DNA of 36,204 nucleotides from Chloroflexota bacterium (GCA_002717565.1 PBAZ01000021.1:28837-65040), one strand, 5' to 3'; positions 27,264 to 36,204 are shown, numbered from the stretch's first letter. The notes: a model not told the origin generated them from the sequence alone. A program made the numbers and translations.

Positions 27264-28804
27264 GAGTTACTGCCTTGTATAGTTCCTAATAATTCTTGCG
27301 CTAGCTTTTCCGCCATCATAATGGTTGTAGCGTTAGTATTAGCGCGTACTATTTCCGGCATGATAGAAGCGTCAATAACTCTTAAACCAGAGAGGCCATG
27401 TACGCACGCATTTTCGCCTACAACCGCCATCTCGTCCGAGCTGGGCCCCATTTTACAGGTGCAAGAACTATGACCCGCGACTGTAGCAGTTGTCTGCATC
27501 CAGTTATCCAAGGCATCGTCATCAATTAGCACATCGTCTTTCGGAGATATGCGCGCGCCGACAGTGTTTTTCAACGGCAGTTGATTGAATAGGGCAACAA
27601 CAGTCCGAACGGCATCTCGAAGGCGTTGTCGATCGAAAGGGTCGTCCAAGAAGTTAAATCGGAGTTCTGGTTGAACGTGGTGGTCAGTGCTGATCAATCT
27701 GACTGTCCCGACACTATGGGGCATCTCCAGCCTTATCCCTACTCGAATGTCCGGTGACTCTTCGTCTGGAGGATATGACGTGGTTGGTTGGACCTGAATT
27801 TCGTTCCTATAATCTGACCCACAAGTAGTAAATCTCAAGCTGACCTGATTCCTGGGATGAGATGAGAGTATGGGATTATTCGGAGTTTCGTGGAATCGTA
27901 TTGATGCACTTGGGTGATTTTTGAGGTTTTCACCGACACCCGGGAGGTTAATCTCAACGGGAATTCCCAGTGCTTTCAAGGATTCCTCTGGCCCTATTCC
28001 CGATAACAACAATAGATGGGGAGAACCTATAGCCCCTGCACTGATAATAATCTCTTTGCCAAAGATGCTAAATTCTTGATCTCCGCTTTCAACCAAGACA
28101 CCAAAGGCAACAGCATCTGCACAAAGCACCTTTGTTACATGCACATTTGGCTTTATGGTGAGATTCATCCGGTGGCGGGAGAGGGCCAAATACGCCATAG
28201 CCGTACTTACCCGAACTCCATTAGGATTATTTAGAGGCATCGCTCCAACACCGGTACCGTCGGGAGCATTCATATCTTCATCAACATCGAACCCTGACTG
28301 CACGCAAACATCGTAGAATGCCCGTTGCAGAGGGGTCCAGCGTTCGGCAGAATGCCGGACAACCGGTATGGGGCCCTCAGAACCATGCCAATCTCCCTTA
28401 ATAACCATATCCGTTTCTGATTTCCGGAAATAGGGAAGCACTCTGTCAAAAGCCCAGCTGGGATTCCCAAGATACGCCCAATTGTCAAAATCCTCAGGCA
28501 AGCCTCTTAGGAATATTTGGTGGTTTATAGCACTAGTACCACCGGTTACCTTTCCCCTAGCAACCAACGCAGGTTGTTTTTGCTGTTCGTTGGCATACCC
28601 GAAAAAGTTCCAGCTATGCTCTGCATTAAGCTTGGAGGCCGCTTGGTGCATATCATATTTCAGTGTTTCGGGCAGTAAATCATCGCTCGGATAGTCTGGT
28701 CCAGCTTCCAACAGAAGTACTGACACAGCTGGATTCTCACTTAATCGACTGGCGAGGACTGAACCTGCGGAGCCGGCACCCACTATGATGTAGTCATACT
28801 GCAT
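27260..28804 (-). CDS. GMC family FAD oxidoreductase (choline dehydrogenase-like)
   Basis: YDYIIVGAGSAG, LLEAG, RGKVTGGTSAIN, GAIGSPHLLLLSGIG, GHSSCTCKMG, DASIMP..RANTN. Confidence 0.94.
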   Translation of the reverse strand: MQYDYIIVGAGSAGSVLASRLSENPAVSVLLLEAGPDYPSDDLLPETLKYDMHQAASKLNAEHSWNFFGYANEQQKQPALVARGKVTGGTSAINHQIFLRGLPEDFDNWAYLGNPSWAFDRVLPYFRKSETDMVIKGDWHGSEGPIPVVRHSAERWTPLQRAFYDVCVQSGFDVDEDMNAPDGTGVGAMPLNNPNGVRVSTAMAYLALSRHRMNLTIKPNVHVTKVLCADAVAFGVLVESGDQEFSIFGKEIIISAGAIGSPHLLLLSGIGPEESLKALGIPVEINLPGVGENLKNHPSASIRFHETPNNPILSSHPRNQVSLRFTTCGSDYRNEIQVQPTTSYPPDEESPDIRVGIRLEMPHSVGTVRLISTDHHVQPELRFNFLDDPFDRQRLRDAVRTVVALFNQLPLKNTVGARISPKDDVLIDDDALDNWMQTTATVAGHSSCTCKMGPSSDEMAVVGENACVHGLSGLRVIDASIMPEIVRANTNATTIMMAEKLAQELLGTIQGSNS

Positions 28805-28840
28805 ATCTAGTCTCTACAAAATTAAAATATGGGGGAGTTT

Positions 28841-29848
28841 TTAGGCTGCATCAAGATCGAGTAACACTTCAAGATTGCGCCACAGGATTTTCTCTTTCTC
28901 TTGCTCCGTCAAAGACTCCAAGCTATTTATCCAATGGACAGGGGATGGGTCCCATGCGACGTATGGCCAATCACTTCCCAGTACCACCCGCTCAATTCCG
29001 ACTTCATCGATTAGGAAGCGAAGGGCTCTTTCGTTCATGGTGATACAGTCATAATACAACTGGCTCTGATAAGTACTTGGGGGTCTCGATATATTGGTCC
29101 TGGCCTCTGCTCTAACCTGCCAGCCGCGATCCATTCGGCCCATACCAAAACATGCGGCGCCTCCACCATGTGCAACACATACCTTAAGGTTCGGACATTT
29201 TTCCAGGACACCTCCTAGAATAAGGGTAGCCACGACCAGCGTGTCTTCCAGCGGAACTCCAAAGCTGTTTCCCATCGAGTACTTTGCGAACGTTTCAGCA
29301 ACTAAATTATTGTTCGGCTGCGGATGATAAAATAGTACAGCACCCATATCTTCAGCAGCTTGGAATAGTGGTAAGAATTCTGGCTCATCCCAGTTCTTCC
29401 CGTTGACGACTGTGTCTAGTTCAGCTCCCTTAAATCCCAAATCGGTCATACATCGTTCCAGCTCGCCTATAGCCGTAGGTACATCTTGCATAGGTAGCGT
29501 TCCTAAACCAATGAAGCGCTCTGGCCAAGCCGTGGTCATATCATATATCTCGTTATTGATATCGTGAGCAAGTGCTAAGCCATCTTGGACATCCAAGTCG
29601 TAACCGAACATGGGAGTAGCAGTGGATACTACTTGTATGTCGACCGACTGACGGTCCATATCCTCGATTCGCTCGCTCGGAGTTGAGTTGAGCTTGTCGG
29701 AAGTGACTCCGTCTCTACGTGAGCCATTTGTTGTAAACTGACGTCCATTAATTTCCTCTAGGCGCATACCATACCAGGATTCCCCCGATTCGGCAGCGCG
29801 CCAGAAGCTTTGAGGCATTAGATGTGCGTGGATGTCAATAGTCTTCAA
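28841..29848 (-). CDS. Amidohydrolase family 2 protein (ACMSD-like decarboxylase/hydratase)
   Basis: IDIHAH, LGTLPMQD, LFYHP, VAHGGG, GRMD, LYYDC, LGSDWP; TTG start at 29848 after AGGAG. Confidence 0.9.
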   Translation of the reverse strand: MKTIDIHAHLMPQSFWRAAESGESWYGMRLEEINGRQFTTNGSRRDGVTSDKLNSTPSERIEDMDRQSVDIQVVSTATPMFGYDLDVQDGLALAHDINNEIYDMTTAWPERFIGLGTLPMQDVPTAIGELERCMTDLGFKGAELDTVVNGKNWDEPEFLPLFQAAEDMGAVLFYHPQPNNNLVAETFAKYSMGNSFGVPLEDTLVVATLILGGVLEKCPNLKVCVAHGGGAACFGMGRMDRGWQVRAEARTNISRPPSTYQSQLYYDCITMNERALRFLIDEVGIERVVLGSDWPYVAWDPSPVHWINSLESLTEQEKEKILWRNLEVLLDLDAA

Positions 29849-29897
29849 TGAATATCTCCTAGATACATAAAGTCGCAATGTAGTTTGATTTTAGCAA

Positions 29898-30452
29898 TCA
29901 AACAGGGAGTCTGGGTTCAGTAGAATCGGCACTTATTTCAACCTCAAACGCATTCAATATGAAAGCGGTTTGAGCATAGTGACCCATGAGTGTAGTGAGT
30001 TCTACCAAATATTGCGTGCCAAACAGATCAAGCGCCTTACTAAAGGTATTATCGGTTATCCTGTGAGCTGTGTAAAACTCGGTAGCGTAAGCTATTATGA
30101 CACTCTCTTCATCGGAGATCTGTGGCATAGTCTTCTTTTCCCTAAGAGCGTCAATCAATTGATCTGATATCCCTTCTTTCCGCGCTGCTGGAGCGTGGGC
30201 ATTCCACACGTAAGCACAATCCATTAGCCGTGCAGTAGTTATTATGGCAAGTTCGAGGTACTTTTTCTCGAATTGAACTTCGTAACGCAGATAGTTTGTT
30301 AGAGCCCCGCGCCTGCTAGCCATCTCTGGACTGTTGATTGTAATCGACGTAGGCCCGGATAGTCGCCCGTTGTTTGCATCCATGACCGCATCATAGGCAT
30401 TGCGAAATTCTTCCGGAACACTATTCCTATCGGCCGCCGGTATACGAGCCAT
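29898..30452 (-). CDS. CMD/AhpD-fold protein (no CxxC), paralog of 8820..9374
   Basis: MARIP...ELAIITTARLMDCAYVWNAH...LVELTTLMGHY...EPRLPV; ATG 30452 after GGAGG. Confidence 0.82.
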   Translation of the reverse strand: MARIPAADRNSVPEEFRNAYDAVMDANNGRLSGPTSITINSPEMASRRGALTNYLRYEVQFEKKYLELAIITTARLMDCAYVWNAHAPAARKEGISDQLIDALREKKTMPQISDEESVIIAYATEFYTAHRITDNTFSKALDLFGTQYLVELTTLMGHYAQTAFILNAFEVEISADSTEPRLPV

Positions 30453-30608
30453 ATATCCCTCCAATACTGGTATTTATAATTTGTTGTTCCCTGAACATGG
30501 ATCGAATTGTATTTAGAAGTCTATGTTGTGGCAAGTCGCCGTCGAAGTTACCTGTGGCCAACTTCGTGAGGTATGATACCCTTACACAATAATGAATACC
30601 GGAGGTAT

Positions 30609-31565
30609 ATGCTCGTGCCACAAATAGAGACAGTCCTCGGCCCCATCTCAACTGACGATCTGGGATTCACTCTATGCCACGAACACGTTGGGACGAATGC
30701 CGCAGGCATTCGCCAGATATATCCTGAATTCATAGACCCAGGGCTAGAAGATCAATCAGTCGAAGCACTGACGCAGGCACGTCAAGAGGGACTTAAAAGC
30801 ATAATCGATCTAACCACAATTGATCTTGGAAGAGATATTCAACTGATAAAGCGCGTCTCAGAACGGAGCGGAGTTCAAATCGTCGCGGCCACTGGCAATC
30901 ACCTCGCAGTGCCAAGACCATTTGGAGACGTGGCCCCGAAAGTTATATCGGAGCTATATATCCGTGAAATACGCGTCGGCATCGAAGGGACCGGAATTAA
31001 AGCAGGGATCATTAAAGTAGCTAGTGACGCTGGTGGGGTCACTCCACCACAAGAAGTGATACTACGAGCTGCAGCTCTTACCCACTTAGAGACGCAGTCA
31101 CCGATCTCGACCCATACATGGTCCCCAGACAAAGTAGGCCTACAACAAATAGCAATCCTCAAGGAAGAAGGGGTAGACCTCACAAAGGTCTACATAGGAC
31201 ACAGTAATGATGACACTGACATCTCATACCTGCATGAGCTCCTTGACAATGGTGTGTGGGTCGGGCTAGATCGATATCCTGGTGGAATTCGACCAGGCAC
31301 CCCTGACTGGGAAAAACGGACAGACATAGTCAAGCAATTAATCGATGAGGGGTTCGTCCAACGCTTGATCCTGTCACATGACTACTCCGTTCCGAAAGCG
31401 CGTCACGGTGCCAAAATGCAAGAAGAGCGCTTTCGGGCCAATCCTGATGGATATAACTTTATAACCAGAAAGGTTTTGCCGCGGCTCCTGGAACTCGGCG
31501 TCACACAAGATGATATTGACAAGATGATGATCCACAATCCCAAGCAGTTCCTGGAAGGGCGCTGA
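30609..31565 (+). CDS. Phosphotriesterase-related (PTE-like lactonase) amidohydrolase
   Basis: ETVLGPI..LGFTLCHEH, DLGRD, GIIKVA (carboxylated-Lys position), STH, IGHS, LSHD, HNP. Start is ATG 30609 or GTG 30615 after GGAGG. Confidence 0.92.
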   Translation: MLVPQIETVLGPISTDDLGFTLCHEHVGTNAAGIRQIYPEFIDPGLEDQSVEALTQARQEGLKSIIDLTTIDLGRDIQLIKRVSERSGVQIVAATGNHLAVPRPFGDVAPKVISELYIREIRVGIEGTGIKAGIIKVASDAGGVTPPQEVILRAAALTHLETQSPISTHTWSPDKVGLQQIAILKEEGVDLTKVYIGHSNDDTDISYLHELLDNGVWVGLDRYPGGIRPGTPDWEKRTDIVKQLIDEGFVQRLILSHDYSVPKARHGAKMQEERFRANPDGYNFITRKVLPRLLELGVTQDDIDKMMIHNPKQFLEGR

Positions 31566-31605
31566 TAGTATCGCCGGCCTAAGTGATGTGAGTATGTCTA
31601 ACTAA

Positions 31606-33039
31606 ATGTTCGTATCCCGACGTTGGCTTGTTTTCTCTGCTGTCGCAGTGGGAACTTTTTGTTCAGTAATTGATCACGGAAGTGTAAGTGTAGCTCTACC
31701 CTCTATTGCGAACTATTTCGCTACAGATCTGCCTACTACACAGTGGGTAGTGATTGTGTTTTCCCTCACAATAGTCATTCTTTTGCTCCCGATGGGCCGA
31801 CTAGGTGATATTTGGGGTTTAGCAAAAATTTATTACCTTGGATGCACGATACTACTTTTGGCAACCATAGGGGCCAGTGCTTCGCCGAGTATGGGAATCC
31901 TACTACTAAGCAGAATATTCCAAGGCTTAGGTGCAGCGATGACGCAAGGCTTAGGTATGGCCCTAGTCATTTCCACCTTTCCCGGGAATCAACGCGGAAG
32001 AGCAATCGGATTAATTATGACGACAGTCGGATTGGGAGCGATTGCCGGCCCAGCGTTTGGTGGCTTGCTTGTTGATCTCTATGGGTGGCGAGCAGTGTTT
32101 CTTGGAAACATTCCGTTGCTCTCTCTTAGTCTGGCGTTAGCTGTCACGGTCAGACGCATGAAGGACGAACAAACGCTTGAACGAGCCTACGCTATTGAAC
32201 CTTTTGATTGGATGGGTGCTGGGACCTCCGGATGCGCTATCTTAGGTGTAATGCTAGTTGCGACTAACCCTAGAATCGTATTTGCGCACTTTGTGTTGCC
32301 GATTCTTACCTTCTCAGGGATAGCAATTCTTGTAATAGCATTCATTTTGAGGGAGATCCGTTCAGTATCACCCATAGTGGACCTTAATCTGTTCAAAGTG
32401 CCGCGCTTTTCTTGGGGCGTTACAGGAGCTTTCCTAATGTTCTTCGGAAGCTCCGGCGTGTTGTTCCTCACACCTTTCTATTTGCAGGAGATACTAGGGT
32501 ACAGCCCCAAGGTTTCGGGGCTTGCTGTTATTCCTGGGGCTTTTTCTATGGCCGTTTGTGGCGCACTGAGTGGACGATTGTCTGACTATTTCGGCTGGGG
32601 TAGGTTCACTATCCTCGGTCTCATGATCTCGGCTACGGGCCTTTTAGTCTTATCCTTTCTATCGCTGAATTCAAGCTTGATGCATGTAATTGCGGGACTA
32701 CTACTGCATAGCACAGGGATGGGAATCTTCTACTCGCCCAATTCAAGCGCCATCTTGAGTTCCACCCCAGAGAACCAGAGGGGATTGGCCTCAAGTATGG
32801 TAAACCTTGTCCGCAATTCTGGGAGTATAGTAAGTGTTGCCTTAGTCACCAGCGTCGTAACTGTAACCATGGGTTCTTTGGGGTTCGATCCCAGTCTCGA
32901 CGCCGTGATATCAGCGGACACCGCTGGTACGGCCGCGGCATTCGTAATTGGTTTACAATGGGCCTACCGGTGTCTGGGATGCCTCATATTACTCGCGCTC
33001 GTATCAACGCTATTCCAGATGAAATCTCAGATTAGGTAG
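31606..33039 (+). CDS. MFS transporter, DHA2 (EmrB/QacA-like, about 14 TM)
   Basis: VSVALPSI, GRLGDIWG, RIFQGLGAA, GPAFGGLL..GWRAVF.NIP, GRLSDYFG; many hydrophobic segments. Confidence 0.92.
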   Translation: MFVSRRWLVFSAVAVGTFCSVIDHGSVSVALPSIANYFATDLPTTQWVVIVFSLTIVILLLPMGRLGDIWGLAKIYYLGCTILLLATIGASASPSMGILLLSRIFQGLGAAMTQGLGMALVISTFPGNQRGRAIGLIMTTVGLGAIAGPAFGGLLVDLYGWRAVFLGNIPLLSLSLALAVTVRRMKDEQTLERAYAIEPFDWMGAGTSGCAILGVMLVATNPRIVFAHFVLPILTFSGIAILVIAFILREIRSVSPIVDLNLFKVPRFSWGVTGAFLMFFGSSGVLFLTPFYLQEILGYSPKVSGLAVIPGAFSMAVCGALSGRLSDYFGWGRFTILGLMISATGLLVLSFLSLNSSLMHVIAGLLLHSTGMGIFYSPNSSAILSSTPENQRGLASSMVNLVRNSGSIVSVALVTSVVTVTMGSLGFDPSLDAVISADTAGTAAAFVIGLQWAYRCLGCLILLALVSTLFQMKSQIR

Positions 33040-33063
33040 CAATCCATTACCCCTGTGAGTTGA

Positions 33064-33915
33064 TTACCAGTCCAAATACGATCTAATTTGAGCTAAAACC
33101 AAGTTTGGATGCTCCATAGGTACAAAGTGAGACCCCTCTGGAAATTGATAAAATTGGAACTCTCGGGCCTCTTTGCTTAATGTCTGTACGGCCTTGTCAC
33201 TAGTTTTTTGGTTGCCTTCATAATTCCCAACGGCCAACATGTATCGCGCGCCTAGACCGCGCAGAACCTGAGAGGTATCCATGAGGTTACGAGTTTCGTA
33301 AAATGTCGCTTCAACCAGATTGGAACACTTTATTTGCGCTGTGCCGTCATCCAGAACACGGGTTCCACCGTAAATGTAGTCACTGAACACTTCATCTGTC
33401 CACGTCTGAAACACGCGCCTGTTCCGATAGGCCTCATACATTATCTCTTGTGTTTCCCAGATCATTCTTTTCTGGCCTGTCCTTTTTAACCGCTCTGCCC
33501 GCTCCTCAGGACTTAGGCGAGACATTGGGCCATCACCGACTCTAGTATCAATCAACATGATTTTTTCTAATTGCCCTGGTACCACGTGATCTGAGATCAA
33601 GAGTGACATACCGCCCGCTGAATGGCCGACTCCCCAGGCACCATTGATACCCAATTCTCGAATGAACGCTGCTATATCCTCACCCATCTTGAAAAACTCA
33701 TAGTCTTTCCCTGGATCGTCGGTGTCGCCATGCGCTCTAAGGTCAAGAGACAGCACGTGGTAATCACTGGCCAATGACCGAGCTGCGTTGTTCCATATTT
33801 GGGCGCACAATCCGATGCCGTGAGTCATTAAAACAGTCTGGGCGTCTGAATTCCCCCAATCCAAATAATGCTGTTTCAATCCATTTGCTACTATATATTT
33901 ACTTACCGGTTCCAA
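33064..33915 (-). CDS. Alpha/beta hydrolase
   Basis: THGIG, DLRAHGDT, nucleophile GHSAGG, SHFVPMEHP. TTG start at 33915 after AAAGGTG; the track's extension to 33981 crosses a terminator hairpin. Confidence 0.9.
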   Translation of the reverse strand: MEPVSKYIVANGLKQHYLDWGNSDAQTVLMTHGIGLCAQIWNNAARSLASDYHVLSLDLRAHGDTDDPGKDYEFFKMGEDIAAFIRELGINGAWGVGHSAGGMSLLISDHVVPGQLEKIMLIDTRVGDGPMSRLSPEERAERLKRTGQKRMIWETQEIMYEAYRNRRVFQTWTDEVFSDYIYGGTRVLDDGTAQIKCSNLVEATFYETRNLMDTSQVLRGLGARYMLAVGNYEGNQKTSDKAVQTLSKEAREFQFYQFPEGSHFVPMEHPNLVLAQIRSYLDW

Positions 33916-33943
33916 TGTACATACACCTTTCAAATAAATTCGC

Positions 33944-33976
33944 ACAAAATTATGGGGAGAATCCTTCTCCCCATAA
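33944..33976 (-). terminator. Rho-independent terminator candidate after the 34006..34488 gene
   Basis: Perfect 12-bp inverted repeat TTATGGGGAGAA-tcc-TTCTCCCCATAA (33950-33976); followed by TTTTGT on the minus strand. Confidence 0.75.
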
Positions 33977-34005
33977 AACATCCTAAGTTAGGATCCTAGT
34001 AAAGA

Positions 34006-34488
34006 CTAATAATTCGTAGAAATCAAGTTTTCTCCGATGGCTTGCCCTCGAAGATCTCCGGAGTCATCCAAATGCGCCTTGATCGCAATTAGACCCTTCT
34101 TGACTAGGTCAGAATTCAATTTGCCGGCAGCGTCTTCGTGCTCTGCTTCTTTCAACAATGAAGCGCATTCACTGCTTATTTGATCAAAACTCCATGTTAC
34201 TTGAGCGTCGACGCTCTCTACTCCGTCTGGGAAGTCTACGTGAGAGTTACCTGGTCGTCCTTTTCTATCGTAACCACCACGATGCCAGTGGCCCGGTTTA
34301 TCGTGACAGTCGTATCGGATTACCTCTTCGTTACCTACGTCCACTCCCAAAGTGGGTCCGCCCATTCCTTCAGGACCAGGCCTGAGAATTCTGCAGGGCC
34401 ACACGTAAAGAGATACCTGCCCATCATCGGATAGCGGCACGGTCAAAGCTTGTCCCCTATATGTTTCTCCATCAATTTTCCTAGCCAT
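34006..34488 (-). CDS. Hypothetical protein with RYDCH..GHWH motif
   Basis: ATG 34488 after strong GAGGAGGA RBS; followed by a terminator hairpin; no family confidently recognised. Confidence 0.75.
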   Translation of the reverse strand: MARKIDGETYRGQALTVPLSDDGQVSLYVWPCRILRPGPEGMGGPTLGVDVGNEEVIRYDCHDKPGHWHRGGYDRKGRPGNSHVDFPDGVESVDAQVTWSFDQISSECASLLKEAEHEDAAGKLNSDLVKKGLIAIKAHLDDSGDLRGQAIGENLISTNY

Positions 34489-34499
34489 TGTTTCCTCCT

Positions 34500-34515
34500 C
34501 TGTTAGGATTCTGTT
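34500..34515. repeat. 16-bp motif CTGTTAGGATTCTGTT, copy 2
   Basis: Exact match to 7820..7835; abuts the RBS of the minus-strand gene. Confidence 0.5.
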
Positions 34516-34605
34516 CACTTACCCCCAAGCATAGCACAACTCGAAATAAACAGGAATATCCTCTTTGTGAGATGGTCTCTTACGTGCCCGTCCACTACAC
34601 CGTAA

Positions 34606-34634
34606 TTGACATTAATTCAGTCCAAAGCTACAGT
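34606..34634 (+). promoter_or_regulatory. Sigma70-type promoter candidate for the LLM-GMC genes
   Basis: TTGACA (34606-34611), 17-bp spacer, TACAGT (34629-34634). Confidence 0.6.
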
Positions 34635-34698
34635 TCTTACCGTTGCCCCAAGACAGGGGTGCCCTCGTTTTTAATTTTTGGGGAGACCACACTATACG

Positions 34699-35613
34699 AT
34701 GAAGTTTGGCGTAAATCTCATTAATTTCGGACCAGGAGTAGGACCGGATTCGATGGAGGAATGGGTTCACACCTCAGAAGAGTGCGGCTATCACTTAGTC
34801 ATGACATCCGATCATATCGCTATTCCAGAGGAAGTCCAATCCAGATACCCCGCACCCTTTTATGAGCCTATTTCCACTCTCGGCTGGATGAGCGGGATTA
34901 CTAAGTCAATAGAAATAGGCACCACAGTATTCGTCGCCCCGTATCGTCATATTCTAGAAACAGCAAAGGCTTGCTCAAGTATTGATCAGTTTTCTAACGG
35001 ACGTCTGATTTGCGGATTCGGTGTTGGATGGTCCGTGCAAGAGTACGAAGCCTTAGGTGTCCCATATCACTCTCGCGGTGCGATAACTAACGAGTATCTG
35101 GCAGCACTAAAAGTCTTGTGGACCAACGACATTGCCTCTTACAAGGGGAGATTCATCTCCTTTGAGAACATCTACACTGCTCCAAAGCCAAAGCGAGTGC
35201 CTCCTATCTGGGTAGGAGGGTATAGCGATGCTGCTCTCAAAAGGGCCGTTGATTTCGCCGATGCTTGGCATCCAATTCGAATAAGTTTGTCCAATTTTAA
35301 AACCACCGGTATTGCCCGCCTTGACCGCATTGCCAATCAATCCGATAAACCTAGTCCTGATATATGCCCGCGCATTAAGCTAAAGGTGACTCCCGAAGCC
35401 ATTAAATCCGAAGACCGTCTCGCAGGGCACGGAACCATCGCTCAGATTAGAGACGACCTGTTGACTCTTGAAGAACTAGGATGTCAATATGTCCTATTTG
35501 ACACATATAATGAAGACCATACTGTTCCTGACCATGCGAGGCAAGGTATATCCTGGTTAGTCACGCTTGCCGATCAAATTCTTGACCTTAAACAGGAAAC
35601 AATTCAAAGCTGA
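34699..35613 (+). CDS. LLM class (probably F420-dependent, Rv2161c-like) oxidoreductase
   Basis: MKFGV, MTSDHIAIP, YPAPFYEP, IGTTVFVAPYRH, SNGRLICGFGVGW, PPIWVGG, DAWHP. Confidence 0.92.
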   Translation: MKFGVNLINFGPGVGPDSMEEWVHTSEECGYHLVMTSDHIAIPEEVQSRYPAPFYEPISTLGWMSGITKSIEIGTTVFVAPYRHILETAKACSSIDQFSNGRLICGFGVGWSVQEYEALGVPYHSRGAITNEYLAALKVLWTNDIASYKGRFISFENIYTAPKPKRVPPIWVGGYSDAALKRAVDFADAWHPIRISLSNFKTTGIARLDRIANQSDKPSPDICPRIKLKVTPEAIKSEDRLAGHGTIAQIRDDLLTLEELGCQYVLFDTYNEDHTVPDHARQGISWLVTLADQILDLKQETIQS

Positions 35614-35672
35614 ACCCAAATTATTGAGCAGTTGATCACCGATCAAATACGCGACGTTGAAGGAGGATATTC

Positions 35673-36204
35673 ATGAAATACGATTACATCATAGTTGGTG
35701 CCGGCTCGGCGGGTTGCGTGCTTGCTACTCGCCTGACAGAAGATCCTAACAAGTCCGTCTTGTTGCTGGAGGCAGGCCCAGATTATCCGGACTTTGAGGA
35801 GTACCCAAACGATTTGAAATTCGGTTACGACCAAACTGCCTCCGCTATAAATGCCCCGCATAACTGGTCTTGGTATGGAACCGCCACTCCAGAACAAGGT
35901 CCCATGCCGGTACCTAGGGGACGCGTTGTTGGTGGGTCAAGCGCTATAAATGGTCAGGTATTCCTTAGAGGAGTTCCAGAGGACTATGACAACTGGGCTT
36001 CTTGGGGCAACGATGAATGGTCGTTTATCAAGACATTGCCATACTTTCGAAAAGCGGAGACAGATACGGATATCAAAGACGATTTTCATGGTTCAGACGG
36101 TCCAATACCTGTCAGGCGGCACAAACCGGAGACTTGGTTGCCTGCTCAGACCGCGTTTCGAGAAGCCTGCATCGCCGCAGGGTATCCTGAAGATCCCGAC
36201 ATGA
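35673..36204 (+). CDS. GMC family FAD oxidoreductase, 5' part (runs off window; absent from ORF track)
   Basis: ATG 35673 after AAGGAGG. Translates MKYDYIIVGAGSAGCVLATRLTEDPNKSVLLLEAGPDY...PRGRVVGGSSAINGQVFLRGVPEDYDNW...LPYFRKAETD. Confidence 0.93.
   Translation, partial: MKYDYIIVGAGSAGCVLATRLTEDPNKSVLLLEAGPDYPDFEEYPNDLKFGYDQTASAINAPHNWSWYGTATPEQGPMPVPRGRVVGGSSAINGQVFLRGVPEDYDNWASWGNDEWSFIKTLPYFRKAETDTDIKDDFHGSDGPIPVRRHKPETWLPAQTAFREACIAAGYPEDPDM

Noticed and set aside
33916-33981. N-terminal extension of the alpha/beta hydrolase ORF
   Set aside because: It runs through a terminator hairpin; TTG 33915 has an RBS and matches the expected fold start.
35950-36204. Track ORF of 84 aa on the + strand
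   Set aside because: Out-of-frame shadow inside the GMC gene that starts at 35673.
1-36204. CRISPR arrays, IS/transposases, integrases, prophage, rRNA/tRNA
   Set aside because: No regularly spaced repeats, mobile-element motifs or structural RNA signatures were seen by eye, and intergenic gaps are mostly too short.

Overview
A gene-dense 36.2-kb bacterial window of roughly balanced GC. It mixes housekeeping genes (metG 3' part, polyprenyl synthase, lipA, gmk, tyrA, PPi-type phosphofructokinase) with many paralog-rich catabolic and redox genes: 2 luciferase-like (LLM) oxidoreductases, 2 stand-alone SDRs plus an aldolase-SDR fusion, 2 GMC oxidoreductases, 4 CMD/AhpD-fold proteins, 3 amidohydrolase-superfamily enzymes, 2 MBL-fold hydrolases, FAH, MmgE/PrpD, RraA-like, NHL-repeat and DUF1800 proteins. 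This profile resembles SAR202-type Chloroflexota (Dehalococcoidia), which is an inference and was not tested. The best hidden signal is a gene truncated by the ORF track. On the minus strand, 19420..18659 reads through an in-frame TGA to give a glutaredoxin/NrdH-like domain with a U-F-S-C (Sec-x-x-Cys) motif. A perfect SECIS-like hairpin follows the TGA, and the domain is fused to a DinB/YfiT-like His-triad domain, making a candidate seleno-glutaredoxin/thiol-transferase fusion. Other oddities are a B12-binding radical-SAM-like protein with no CxxxCxxC motif, an SDR lacking catalytic Tyr/Ser, tandem double-CMD paralogs in an 8-gene catabolic run, an orphan DUF1800 and an exact 16-bp motif shared by two distant intergenic regions. 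A second GMC gene (35673 to the window end) is also missing from the ORF track. I saw no tRNA, rRNA, CRISPR array or mobile element. All family assignments are by motif recognition only.
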